Origin: Bacteroidales bacterium
Lineage (GTDB): Bacteria; Bacteroidota; Bacteroidia; Bacteroidales; UBA932
Direction of reading: 5' to 3'
NCBI GenBank assembly: GCA_017553405.1
Contig: JAFZME010000118.1
Span: 18,250 to 82,249, forward strand
Length of the DNA stretch: 64,000 bases
The position numbers were made by a program, and so were the translations under genes. This document shows, piece by piece, positions 36,955 to 46,788 of this stretch; the first letter of the stretch is position 1, and each line of letters begins with the position of its first letter. Below the pieces are notes generated by a model that did no database searches, had not been told where the DNA came from, and was given only the letters and a program-made list of their open reading frames with translations.

Positions 36955-37986
36955 TTAATTCAACTTTCCGTTTTTCCAAACAAGCTTCTCTCCCCAGAAG
37001 GGAACGTAGGTCTTGTCGCAGTTGATCTTGGAGGCCCTGTCGAGGGCGAGCTCAAACGACCAGCGCGATGAGCTCACGTCCTTGTGGGACAGTTCCAGGA
37101 TATGGGACAGGAGCACGCAGTCAGGGGTGAAGACCGGCCCGATGACCTGGTTCTCCGTGAGTTCGTTGACCGCATAGCGCGGGATATACACGTTGATATC
37201 CTTTGTCACGTTGAACTCCGAAGCGGTGAAATTGGAGTCGCCCGAATGCATCAGGACAAGGCCGCCGGCATCGCTCCCGCAGTCGATCTGGAAGACCGTG
37301 ATAGGGACGTTGTCTGTCGCGCTGTTGTTGTGCTTTGTGATGAACGTGTGGATGTTGCAACCGAAGATGGTGTAATCCTTCATCCCGGTGGAGCAGTAGA
37401 GGTAATTGCTCTCCGGCGAGTAATAGTTGGTCAGCACCGGCTTGCCGGCAAGGTACATCGCCTCGTGCAGCGGATCCGACCTGTGGTCCTGGTGTTGGTG
37501 GGTGGAACCCACCCAGTCGAGGTAAGGAGCCAGCTCGGCCGCACGATAGTGATAGATGTCGATGCCGAAGTTCATCCAAGGCGTCTGGACGACGTAGCCC
37601 ATATTGTACAAACACCATATTACGGCTGTCCCTCTTTCGGGCCGCCCGGCCTTCAGCGCATCGAGCACCCTTTCGAACGCCGCGTCGTAGCACGAGAACA
37701 TATCGTCGTACTTGACCGTCAATGCATATTTGGACGCATCGGCGGCGAGAAGGTTCTTGAAGGCGGTGTTAGTGGTCTGGTCGGCCATCGCCTGGATGGC
37801 GTCGAAGATGTCCAGCCTGTCCTGACTCACCGTGAGGGGAGAAGTGTTCGCCCACAGGGATTTCATCAGTTTGACGCCCTCGGTCTCCGTGACCGGACTG
37901 ACCGGGCCCGGAGCCGGGGTGTCCTTGTGATTTCCGCAAGCCAGCGGAAGGCACAGGGAAAGAAATATCGTTAAAAATCTGCGCAT
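36955..37986 (-). CDS. Metallo-beta-lactamase-fold hydrolase lipoprotein
   Basis: Lipobox PLAC; YNMGYVVQT, STHQHQDH (HxHxDH), MHSGDS. Confidence 0.8.
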   Translation of the reverse strand: MRRFLTIFLSLCLPLACGNHKDTPAPGPVSPVTETEGVKLMKSLWANTSPLTVSQDRLDIFDAIQAMADQTTNTAFKNLLAADASKYALTVKYDDMFSCYDAAFERVLDALKAGRPERGTAVIWCLYNMGYVVQTPWMNFGIDIYHYRAAELAPYLDWVGSTHQHQDHRSDPLHEAMYLAGKPVLTNYYSPESNYLYCSTGMKDYTIFGCNIHTFITKHNNSATDNVPITVFQIDCGSDAGGLVLMHSGDSNFTASEFNVTKDINVYIPRYAVNELTENQVIGPVFTPDCVLLSHILELSHKDVSSSRWSFELALDRASKINCDKTYVPFWGEKLVWKNGKLN

Positions 37987-37990
37987 AATC

Positions 37991-39973
37991 TTACTTCAAA
38001 GAATTGGTGCCTTGCATATTGCCGCCGCGCATACACCACGATGCGGCGGGTCCGCTCGACTCGATTGCATAGATATGGCCGCCGGTGCTGCCGCCGACGC
38101 CGGTCACCGTGCCGTAATACACACGGCGGTCGGGGCCGAACGAGAAGGCGCACATAACCTGCTCGGTGGGCGACAGGGAGTAGCTGCCGTCGGCGGAGTT
38201 GATGGTCACGACCTGCTTGGCGCCGCTGATGTTGGCCTGGGTGCCGACATACAGGGTCCCGTCGGAAGCGAGGGCGGGGCTGGCGTAGATGAATTGTGCC
38301 AGCTCGGCCGTCTCCCACTTCTTAGTGCCGTCGGAATTATATGCGACCACTCTCTTGTTGCGGACGGTGAAATAGACGGTCCCGTCCGGTCCTATGACCG
38401 GGGAGAAGGTGTCGTTGGCATCCACCGAAGAGGATTTCTTCCATATCACTTCTCCCGTCCCAGTGTTGATGGCCGCAAGACCGTCAGTGCCTTTCAGTCC
38501 GGCATACAGGACAGAGCCGCTGATGGCGAACGAACCGCTTTCGGTGACGGTGAGCGACGGGGCTTTCCAGCGCTGCGAGCCTTCCGGCGTGAAGGAATAA
38601 ACGGCCGAATTGGTGCCGACGTAGATATTGCCGTCTTCATCGACCGCCACCGCGCTTCCGACAGTCCCTTCCAGCTCCTTGCTCCACAGCGCCTTGCCGT
38701 TGGAAGGATTGAGGGAATAGAAAGTCGCGACACCGCCGTTTGAGACCACATAGACATTGTTGTCGGAAGTGACGGCGGGGAATCCGTCCACGTTGCCCGA
38801 AGTGGAGAAGCTCCATTTCAGGCTTCCGTCCGGAGTGAGGGCCCTGAACTTGGCGTCCCTGCCGCCCACGTAGATGACTCCGTCCGGACCGACGGCCGGG
38901 CCGCCGCCATAAGTCACCTTGTCGATCGGATAGGTCCACTTAAGGGCTCCTGTCCAGGTGTCGAAGGCGAAGACGTCGCCGCGGCTGTTGGACGTGGAGA
39001 TGTACATCGTGCCGCCGTCGTGGGAGAACACGACGCTGGAGGTCTTCACATAGCCGATATAGCCGTCCTTGGTGATGGCAAGCTCGCTCCACTTGAAGTC
39101 CGAAACGACAATCGAAGCCGAAGCGTCGGCTGTGTTGTCATCCTGATACGTGACGTTCACCGTGACCTCGTATTCACCCGCATCGGAGTATGCGTGGGAA
39201 ACCTTTTCCCCCGCCTCGGACGTGCCGTCGCCGAAGGTCCACGAGACCGACTTGACGTCGCCGTCGATGAAGTACATCTCGTTGTATTCGAAAGAGACCG
39301 TCTGGTATTTGACGGCTAACGATGTGCTCATTATGAAAGGAGTGACGACGCCGGGAGTCGCGCTGGCGCTGACGACCTCGCTGTCCCCGTTCGGATACTT
39401 GCAGACAAGAGTGAACGTGTATTCGGTGTCGTTGGTGAGGTCTTCAATCATCCACCTCTCAAGAGATGTGTCGGTGATCTCCTGCGAGCCGTCGCCGGGC
39501 GTCCAGGTGACGAGATAGCTCGACGGGTTGGCATTCGCCGGTTTGGTCCAGCGGAGGAGGACCCTCTTGTCGCCGGCATTCGCCATAAATCCCTGCACCG
39601 GCAGACGGTTGGTCTTCGGGGTGCATTTCATCGAGACTTTCTGCGAAAGGCCGTCCGCGTATCTGGCCTGGACCGTGAACTGGTAGACGGAGTCGTTACG
39701 CAGATTCTCCACCACGAATTCGCGCTTGTCCGGCGCTACCGTGGCGCTTCCGCCTTCAAGGTCGGCAGCGTCGGGAGTCCAGGTGACAAGGAAGGATTCC
39801 GGCTCGGGCTTCCCGTCCTGAAGCGTCCAGGAAACTGTGGCGCTGTTGTCGCCGGGAGTGACCAGGATCGAGGCCACCTGGTAGAGGTTGAAAGGCCGGC
39901 CCTGCTGCTCCAGATTCTGGCATCCGGACAGCATCAGGAAAAGCAAAAGAAAAATTGATATGTTCTTTTTCAT
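37991..39973 (-). CDS. Lipoprotein: 2x FN3 + PKD + PQQ-like beta-propeller
   Basis: Probable start MKKNI at 39973; lipobox LSGC; FN3-like VSWT..FTVQA; PKD WTFGDG..HAYSDAGEY; repeated LKW..PAV.DG.IYVG blades. Confidence 0.8.
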   Translation of the reverse strand: MKKNISIFLLLFLMLSGCQNLEQQGRPFNLYQVASILVTPGDNSATVSWTLQDGKPEPESFLVTWTPDAADLEGGSATVAPDKREFVVENLRNDSVYQFTVQARYADGLSQKVSMKCTPKTNRLPVQGFMANAGDKRVLLRWTKPANANPSSYLVTWTPGDGSQEITDTSLERWMIEDLTNDTEYTFTLVCKYPNGDSEVVSASATPGVVTPFIMSTSLAVKYQTVSFEYNEMYFIDGDVKSVSWTFGDGTSEAGEKVSHAYSDAGEYEVTVNVTYQDDNTADASASIVVSDFKWSELAITKDGYIGYVKTSSVVFSHDGGTMYISTSNSRGDVFAFDTWTGALKWTYPIDKVTYGGGPAVGPDGVIYVGGRDAKFRALTPDGSLKWSFSTSGNVDGFPAVTSDNNVYVVSNGGVATFYSLNPSNGKALWSKELEGTVGSAVAVDEDGNIYVGTNSAVYSFTPEGSQRWKAPSLTVTESGSFAISGSVLYAGLKGTDGLAAINTGTGEVIWKKSSSVDANDTFSPVIGPDGTVYFTVRNKRVVAYNSDGTKKWETAELAQFIYASPALASDGTLYVGTQANISGAKQVVTINSADGSYSLSPTEQVMCAFSFGPDRRVYYGTVTGVGGSTGGHIYAIESSGPAASWCMRGGNMQGTNSLK

Positions 39974-39984
39974 ACGGCTGTTCA

Positions 39985-41376
39985 TTAATAGTTCGGATTC
40001 TGCCAGAGAAGGGACGGATCGTTGATACGTTCTATTTCGGCATTGGGAATTGGATACACAAGCTGGTAGGACTGGATGTCGTGGCCTTCTTCGGCCGCGA
40101 ATTCCTGCGCATATCCCATCCTCACGACGTCGAACCAGCGGTGCCCCTCGTAGGGGAATTCCATCTGGCGCTCCTTGCAGACCGCCCTCTTGAAGGCGTC
40201 CTGCGAGCCGAGGTCGGTTATGCTGAGCGAAGAGAGGCCCGCACGCGTGTGGACAGCATTGAGCGCCTTCATCTGCTCCGAATTCTGGTCGGAGGAATAG
40301 GCGATGTTGTTGAGCGCTTCGGCATACATAAGCAGGACATCGGCATAACGGAGCAGGATCTGGTCGTTGCCGTAAGTCTCGTTGGTCTCGTCCCTGGTGT
40401 CGTAGAACTTGTTCATCAGGTAGAGATTGACGTCGGTGACCTTCCTGTAGTCCAGAAGGGCCTTCCTGGCATCGCCGCTCTCGTAAAGATTGTTGAGTAT
40501 CGGGCTGCGGCCGGAGTCGTCGCTGAGGTTGGATATCGAGAACCAGGCTCCGTGTCCTTCGCCGACGACGGTCTTGTTGAACTTGACGGCGAAGATGATT
40601 TCGCGGTTGTCCTTGTTGTCGACGTCGAACACGTCGGAGATGCTGGGAAGAAGGTCGTAAGAACCTATCATCCCGCCAAGGATGGAGGCGGCCTCCTGGT
40701 TCTTGCCGAAGGTGAGATAGACCTTGCCGAGCAGCGCCTTTGCCGCGCCGAGCGTGATCCGGCCCTTGTCGGGCCCGGTGTAGACCACGGGCAGCATAGA
40801 ACCGTTGACGATCTCCTCAAGGTCACCGGCGATGTAGGTGTACATCTCTTCCGCGGAACTCCTGCCCGTTTTCAAGGCCTCGTCCACGGTGAGTACGTGA
40901 CGCGCGACGGGAACTCCGCCCCAGATGCGGTACATATTGAAATAGATGTAGGCGCGGATAAACATCGCCTCGGCCTTGTACTGCTTCTTGAGAGTCTCGT
41001 CGAAATCGGCATCGTCGATGCGGTCAAGAATCATATTGCAGCGATAGACACCGTTGTTGAAATTGGTCCAGGCGCTCCACAGGATGCCGTTCGAGGCCTG
41101 CTCCTTGAAATGGTCGATGTCGTAGCGGTCCTGTGTACCGGCGGTCGGAGCGCTGATGTAAAGGTCGTCGCTCCTGTACTCGCACAGCTCGGTGTAGATA
41201 GAGAACTGGCCCTGCAGTCTGGCATAGCAGCCAATGACGGCGATATTGAAATCGGACGCCGTCTTGTAGACTGTCTCCACGGGGACTTCGGTGTTCGGCG
41301 TGAGATTGAAGAATTTCTCGCAGGACACGAGCGCCGGGAGCATCATTATGGCAAGCGGTATGATGAATCTTTTCAT
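39985..41376 (-). CDS. susD: SusD/RagB family lipoprotein (second pair of locus B)
   Basis: Lipobox VSC; FIRAYIYFNMYRIWGGVP, LRYADVLLMYAEA, ERQMEFPYEGHRWFDVVR, YPIP..QNPNY. Confidence 0.93.
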   Translation of the reverse strand: MKRFIIPLAIMMLPALVSCEKFFNLTPNTEVPVETVYKTASDFNIAVIGCYARLQGQFSIYTELCEYRSDDLYISAPTAGTQDRYDIDHFKEQASNGILWSAWTNFNNGVYRCNMILDRIDDADFDETLKKQYKAEAMFIRAYIYFNMYRIWGGVPVARHVLTVDEALKTGRSSAEEMYTYIAGDLEEIVNGSMLPVVYTGPDKGRITLGAAKALLGKVYLTFGKNQEAASILGGMIGSYDLLPSISDVFDVDNKDNREIIFAVKFNKTVVGEGHGAWFSISNLSDDSGRSPILNNLYESGDARKALLDYRKVTDVNLYLMNKFYDTRDETNETYGNDQILLRYADVLLMYAEALNNIAYSSDQNSEQMKALNAVHTRAGLSSLSITDLGSQDAFKRAVCKERQMEFPYEGHRWFDVVRMGYAQEFAAEEGHDIQSYQLVYPIPNAEIERINDPSLLWQNPNY

Positions 41377-44300
41377 TTTCCTACAGTCAAGTTAATGCCA
41401 AACATAATCGTGCGGGAAAGAGGATAGGTACCATAATCCTCGCCGGGAGTGAGCGCGCTGGTGCGGTTGCTCACCTCGGGGTTGTAGCCGGAATAGCGGG
41501 TGGCTGTGAACAGGTTCTGCCCCGAAACATAGAATCTCAACCTGGAGATGTAAGCCTTGGCCGTCCAGCGGGAAGGAAGGGTATATCCAAGGACAAGGTT
41601 CTGCAGACGCAGATAGGAGCCGTCCTCGATGTGCCAGGTCGACGTGCGGAGGTTGTTGCCCTTCTGCTTCCTGTTGGCGCGGTTGGTCATCCCGTCGCCG
41701 ATGTTGTCCTCGCTTACCCAGCGGTTGCGGGAAGCGATGGTGCCGTTGGTGTTGCCCTCCATATTGTCGAGGTAGCGGCGGTTGAGGTTGAGGATCTCAT
41801 TGCCGTAGACGCCCTGGAAGGCGAACTGGAAGTCTATGCCCTTGAACGACAGGCTGCCGCCGAACCCGTAGGTGAACTCCGGCATATAGTTGCCGACGAT
41901 GGTGCGGTCCTTGTCGAGGTCGATCTCGCCGTCGCCGTTGACGTCCACGAAGCGGAAGTCGCCTGGCTGGGTGTTGGCGAAATGGGGATAGGCGTCGAGC
42001 TCTTCCTTGTTCTTGAACACGCCGTCGATGACCATCAGGTAGTAGCTGCCGATGGGCTTGCCGACCTCGGTGATATAGTAGGCGTGCTCGACGCTGCCGC
42101 TCTCGATGATCGGGGTGTCGTTGGCGCCAAGGGACTTGACCACATTGACGTTTCTGGAGATATTGGCCGTGAACGAATATGCAAGTCCGTTTGAATAGGA
42201 GTGCGATGAACCGATCTGGAATTCAAAACCCTTGTTGTTGACCTTGCCGATGTTCATCGTGGTGGTCGTGTAGCCCGTGGTGCTCGGAATGGGCACATTG
42301 AGCAGCATATCCTTCGTGTTCGAAGAGTAAAACTCTCCGGTGAAAGTCAGGTAGCCGTTCCAGAAACTGGCGTCAAGACCGCCGTTGATCATATCGGTCT
42401 TCTCCCAGGTGAGGTCGGGATTCTCCAGACGCTTGGGCCTGTAGCCGTTGACGAGGTCGCCGCCGTTTTCGCCGAGGATATAGTCGTCGCCGGTCAGGGT
42501 GGACAGGTGGGTGTAGTTGCCTATCTGGAAGTTGCCGGTGCGGCCGTAGCTGGCGCGGATCTTAAGGTCGCTCAGCCAGTCACGTGTGCCCTCCATAAAG
42601 TTTTCTCCGGAGATGCGCCACGCAGCAGAGACCGAGGGGAAGAAGCCCCAGCGGTGGTTTTTGCCGAAGCGGGAGGAACCGTCGGCTCGGAACGCCGCGG
42701 AGACCATATATTTCCCTTTATAACTGTACTGGGCGCGGGCGAGGACCGAGGCGAGGGACCACTCCGTAGTCTCGGAGTTGCCTTTGGTGACGGTACCGCC
42801 GCCGATGGTCTGGATGTAATCGTTGGGGTAATCCGTAGCCGTCACGTTCATCGATTTCTCAGAATACTTCTGCATCGAATGGACGATGACCGCGTTGATC
42901 GAATGGTCTTTATGGATGGTCTTGATGTAGGACAGCTGGTTTTCCCAAAGCCAGTTGTAGTGCTGCCCGGCCGAGGCGTAGCTCTCGGGGTTGGACTTCA
43001 TTCCGTAATAGGCCTTGCCGCGGGTTTCGAGGTCGGATGGCGAATAGCGCTCGTTGGAGGCGCCGTAGTAGGAGCCGCCGAAGGAAGTCTGGAGCGTGAG
43101 TCCGTCGATGATATCGATCCCGGCAAACAGGCGGCCCGTCACGGCCAGCCTGTTGACCACGTCTTTCTTGAGGGTTGCGATGGCCACAGGGTTCAGTATC
43201 TCATTGTGCTGGTAGTCGTTGCCGATACGCCAGTAGCCGTTGCCGAGATAGTTGAATGAACCGTCCTCATTGTAGACCGGCCACATCGGGTTGTAGGTCA
43301 GCGCCGACTGCACGATGCCGCCGTCGCCGTAGGGGCCGTAGGCGTCCACCCTGTTGGACTTCGAGTAGGAAGGAGCTATGTTGATCCCGTAGCGGAACCT
43401 TCCGTTCTTGCCGTCGAGGTTGAACCTGGCGGAGTATTTCCTGAAGTCGGAATTGATGATGACACCTTCACGGTAGTAGTAGTTGGCGGAAAGGTAGTAC
43501 TGGATGGACTTCGTCTTGCCGGAGACGGACAGGTTGTGGCTGTGAGTATTGGCACGGCGGAAGATCTGGTCCTGCCAGTCGGTGTTGGTCAGCCCCGGCT
43601 CTCCGTTGAGATAGGGGATGATTTCCACCGGATAGTTGGCCCATGAGTCGGGACGGGAGCCGTTGGGGGCAGTGCCTCCCGGATAGGAATCGTAGTAGGC
43701 ATTGTCGTGGGCTTCCTTGACTATCTGCGCATATTCGTAGGCATCCATAAGAGGAATCTTCTTGGATACCATATCCATAGCATAGTACCCGTCATAGCTG
43801 ACCTTGACCTTCTCGGAGGCGCCCTTCTTGGTCGTGATGAGGATCACGCCGTTGGCGCCCCTGGAGCCGTAAATGGCGGCCGAAGAAGCATCCTTGAGGA
43901 CCTCGAGGGACTCGATGTCGTTGGGGTTGATGTTGGCCAGGCCGTCGTCGACAGGGACGCCGTCGATGACGTAGAGAGGGTCGTTGCCGGCAGTCGCGGA
44001 ACCGATGCCGCGGACGCGGACCATAACCTTGCCCTCGGGATCACCGCCGGTCTGCATCACGGAGACGCCCGGCATCTTGCCGGCCATCGCCTGACGGAAG
44101 TCGGTGATGGGGTGATCGGCTATGTCTTCCGCCTTGATGGAAGAGATGGCTGTGGAGACATCCCTTTTCTTGACGGCGCCGTAACCGATGACGACGACAT
44201 CGTCAAGAAGCGTGGAGTCCTCGTTTATGACGACATCCACGACATCCTTGTCGCCGACCGGAATCTCGACGGTCTCATAGCCGATGCTGGAGACCACCAG

Positions 44301-44528
44301 CGTCTCATCGGCGGACACCGCTATAGAGAAACGCCCGTCCACGTCGGACGCCGTCCCCTGAGTGGTTCCCTTGATTATGATCCCGGCGCCGACTACCGGC
44401 TCGCCCGCGGCGTCCTTGACCGTACCGCTGACTGTCCGAACGGGGGTTTGTCCCCAGACAGTCAGCTGCACGATCGCAAGGAGCAGGGCAAGCAGGACAG
44501 CCGGCCGGCTGATTCGATTCAAGCACAT
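41373..44528 (-). CDS. susC: SusC/RagA family TonB-dependent transporter (second pair of locus B)
   Basis: First ATG at 44528 (track uses TTG at 44540); VVVIGYG, NPNDIESLEVLKDASSAAIYGSRGANGVILITTK. Confidence 0.95.
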   Translation of the reverse strand: MCLNRISRPAVLLALLLAIVQLTVWGQTPVRTVSGTVKDAAGEPVVGAGIIIKGTTQGTASDVDGRFSIAVSADETLVVSSIGYETVEIPVGDKDVVDVVINEDSTLLDDVVVIGYGAVKKRDVSTAISSIKAEDIADHPITDFRQAMAGKMPGVSVMQTGGDPEGKVMVRVRGIGSATAGNDPLYVIDGVPVDDGLANINPNDIESLEVLKDASSAAIYGSRGANGVILITTKKGASEKVKVSYDGYYAMDMVSKKIPLMDAYEYAQIVKEAHDNAYYDSYPGGTAPNGSRPDSWANYPVEIIPYLNGEPGLTNTDWQDQIFRRANTHSHNLSVSGKTKSIQYYLSANYYYREGVIINSDFRKYSARFNLDGKNGRFRYGINIAPSYSKSNRVDAYGPYGDGGIVQSALTYNPMWPVYNEDGSFNYLGNGYWRIGNDYQHNEILNPVAIATLKKDVVNRLAVTGRLFAGIDIIDGLTLQTSFGGSYYGASNERYSPSDLETRGKAYYGMKSNPESYASAGQHYNWLWENQLSYIKTIHKDHSINAVIVHSMQKYSEKSMNVTATDYPNDYIQTIGGGTVTKGNSETTEWSLASVLARAQYSYKGKYMVSAAFRADGSSRFGKNHRWGFFPSVSAAWRISGENFMEGTRDWLSDLKIRASYGRTGNFQIGNYTHLSTLTGDDYILGENGGDLVNGYRPKRLENPDLTWEKTDMINGGLDASFWNGYLTFTGEFYSSNTKDMLLNVPIPSTTGYTTTTMNIGKVNNKGFEFQIGSSHSYSNGLAYSFTANISRNVNVVKSLGANDTPIIESGSVEHAYYITEVGKPIGSYYLMVIDGVFKNKEELDAYPHFANTQPGDFRFVDVNGDGEIDLDKDRTIVGNYMPEFTYGFGGSLSFKGIDFQFAFQGVYGNEILNLNRRYLDNMEGNTNGTIASRNRWVSEDNIGDGMTNRANRKQKGNNLRTSTWHIEDGSYLRLQNLVLGYTLPSRWTAKAYISRLRFYVSGQNLFTATRYSGYNPEVSNRTSALTPGEDYGTYPLSRTIMFGINLTVGK

Positions 44529-44529
44529 A

Positions 44530-46782
44530 TCAATTTGCAAATTTTATGTTCTCGGTAGTAATCGTAGGGTTGCAGTTGTCCTTGTTCTGCCCGGCAAGCT
44601 GGAAATAATTGTCTGCCGTGACGGTGACAAGGCTGCTGAGCGTCTTCCCGTACTTGCCGCTGAGGGAGCAGTTCGAGAACACGACAGTGTTGTTGGTGCA
44701 CTGACCGAAGAGGACGCCGCAGTAGTTCTGTGCGCCTCCGGTATTTGCACCCTTGCCGACGATGGTGGCCCCGACGGTGCTGCAGTTCTTGACCTGGGTG
44801 TTCGCATAATTCAGGACGCAGACAACGCCGGCGACGGAACTGCAGTTGGGAGCGATCAGGTCACCTTTGTTGTGACAGTTGTCAAGCGAGCCGCCTTCGC
44901 CGAGAAGGCAGGTGACATTCCCGATACGGGCATTGCCGCTGATAGTGTTGTAGATGTCGGCATTATTGGTGCAGTTGATAATGCGGGTGTAGCGGTTGGC
45001 GGCACCTACAATTCCGCTGGTACGGCCGACGTCCGCGAAGATCTTGCCATCGTTCACCGCATCTGTGTGTGTCTGATACAGGGTGCTGCCGTTATTGGTC
45101 GAAAAACCGATGACGCCGCCGACCATAACGCCATTGACGCCGAAGCCTCCGTTGCCGCCATTGGTGAACAGGTCGGTCTCCGATACTCCGATCTGCCCGG
45201 CGTTATAAAGGGCGTTGGTGCTTGCCTCCTTGGTCGAAGACACCACCCAGCCGATGAGTCCGCCGAGGGAGATACGTCCTTCTTCAGCGTTGTTGGCCAG
45301 GGCGGAGGTCCCGCCGCCGGTGATGGGCGCATAATTCCTGACGTTATCCACCGTGCCGTCGACAAGCAGTCCGGCAAGTACGCCGAAGGCTCCGGAATAA
45401 CTGGTGACAACCTGCATCGAGCAGGATGAATCGAACACGAGATTCTTGACCACGCCATCCTTGCCGATACCGCCGAAGAAGCCATATGCCCCGGCCTTTG
45501 CAGTCGGGTTGAAGACCATATGGAGGTTCTTGATGGAATGGTTGCCGCCGTCGAAGGTCCCCTGGAAGAGCTTCCCGGAGGTTGCGGTGTTGTTGTGGGC
45601 CCAGGTGGGCATCGTGCAGTTTCCGATAGGTGTCCAGGACGAGATGGAGGAGCAGTCGATGTCGGCGCTGACCGTCACGTTGGCGATGATTGCGGGAGCG
45701 TCGCCGCTGTTTACGCGCTGGGCGAAAGCGACAAGGTCCGCCGCCGAGGAAATGGTGATGTTGTCCGGATCCACAATGACGGGCGTAGGGCCGTATGCGG
45801 ACAGGTCCGTCACCTCGTAGGGTTTCGCGATGGCGCCGCGGGCGGCCAGGATGGCTACCGGAGCGGACTCGTCCGTGACGGGAGTTGTGCCTGCCGCGAT
45901 GACGTCGTAGCGATAGGTGTTGCCGTCCAGCGTCTTGTTCCCGTTCTGCGGGCCGATGATGCTCTCGAAGACGGTACAGGCCGCGCCGTAGCGGGCAAGG
46001 CCGTAGTCCATATGATAGCCGTCACGGGTCAGGCCCATATCATTGTTGTACCCTGTGGTCCTCAGGTTCTGGAACATAGCGCCCGTGGAGATCACCCCGT
46101 CGAAACCGCACTGCTCCACGGCAGTCTTGGCGTGGGCGGATATGACCGTCCACATCTGCTCCGTCGTGGCGAAAGGCCTGGTCACGTTCTGCGCCTTGCC
46201 CAGGTCGAAATAGGCCTGGGAAAGGATGTAGTAGTATTTCGGCGAAGCGCCGAGGGCGGTCTGGGCTTCCTCAATCTTTCCCTTGAGGCCAGACACGGCC
46301 GCCTTTTCGTCATCTGTCCACCCCCAGGCAAGCTGCTTGCCGGTGTGCTCCTGGATAGTCACGACATCCCACTTAGCGCAGGCGGCCACGTGGGCGATGC
46401 TCTTGTTGGAGATGTCGGTCCATTCCGTCTCGCCGGGGTTGCAGATATAGCAATGGTAGTCGGTGACAGTGTCCCAGCCGTTATTGTACTCGGGGACAGT
46501 GCGGCCGGGGTAGAACATATGCACCAGCAGGACATTGTCGAGCCCCGCCGCATTGAGGATGCCGGGGAGGTGCTCCACAGCGTCCTTGGTGAACGAATTG
46601 CCGATGAAGAAAACGCGGTAGGCGGCCTCGGAGGCGATGTCGTCGTCAGGCTCCGGATCCACCGTAGGAATCACCGGGATTTCCGGCTCTTCCGGCTCGG
46701 CCGGGCCGGCAGGGGTTTCCTGCTTGCATCCTGCGAATGCCAGCCCGACCAGAAGCGGAAGAAGGAATAGTATCTTTTTCAT
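44530..46782 (-). CDS. Lipoprotein: DUF4886 (SGNH-like) + beta-helix domain
   Basis: Lipobox FAGC; FIGNSFTKDA, TIQEH, RDGYHMDYG; C-terminal beta-helix similar to those of 13482 and 16450. Confidence 0.8.
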   Translation of the reverse strand: MKKILFLLPLLVGLAFAGCKQETPAGPAEPEEPEIPVIPTVDPEPDDDIASEAAYRVFFIGNSFTKDAVEHLPGILNAAGLDNVLLVHMFYPGRTVPEYNNGWDTVTDYHCYICNPGETEWTDISNKSIAHVAACAKWDVVTIQEHTGKQLAWGWTDDEKAAVSGLKGKIEEAQTALGASPKYYYILSQAYFDLGKAQNVTRPFATTEQMWTVISAHAKTAVEQCGFDGVISTGAMFQNLRTTGYNNDMGLTRDGYHMDYGLARYGAACTVFESIIGPQNGNKTLDGNTYRYDVIAAGTTPVTDESAPVAILAARGAIAKPYEVTDLSAYGPTPVIVDPDNITISSAADLVAFAQRVNSGDAPAIIANVTVSADIDCSSISSWTPIGNCTMPTWAHNNTATSGKLFQGTFDGGNHSIKNLHMVFNPTAKAGAYGFFGGIGKDGVVKNLVFDSSCSMQVVTSYSGAFGVLAGLLVDGTVDNVRNYAPITGGGTSALANNAEEGRISLGGLIGWVVSSTKEASTNALYNAGQIGVSETDLFTNGGNGGFGVNGVMVGGVIGFSTNNGSTLYQTHTDAVNDGKIFADVGRTSGIVGAANRYTRIINCTNNADIYNTISGNARIGNVTCLLGEGGSLDNCHNKGDLIAPNCSSVAGVVCVLNYANTQVKNCSTVGATIVGKGANTGGAQNYCGVLFGQCTNNTVVFSNCSLSGKYGKTLSSLVTVTADNYFQLAGQNKDNCNPTITTENIKFAN

Positions 46783-46788
46783 ACGGAA

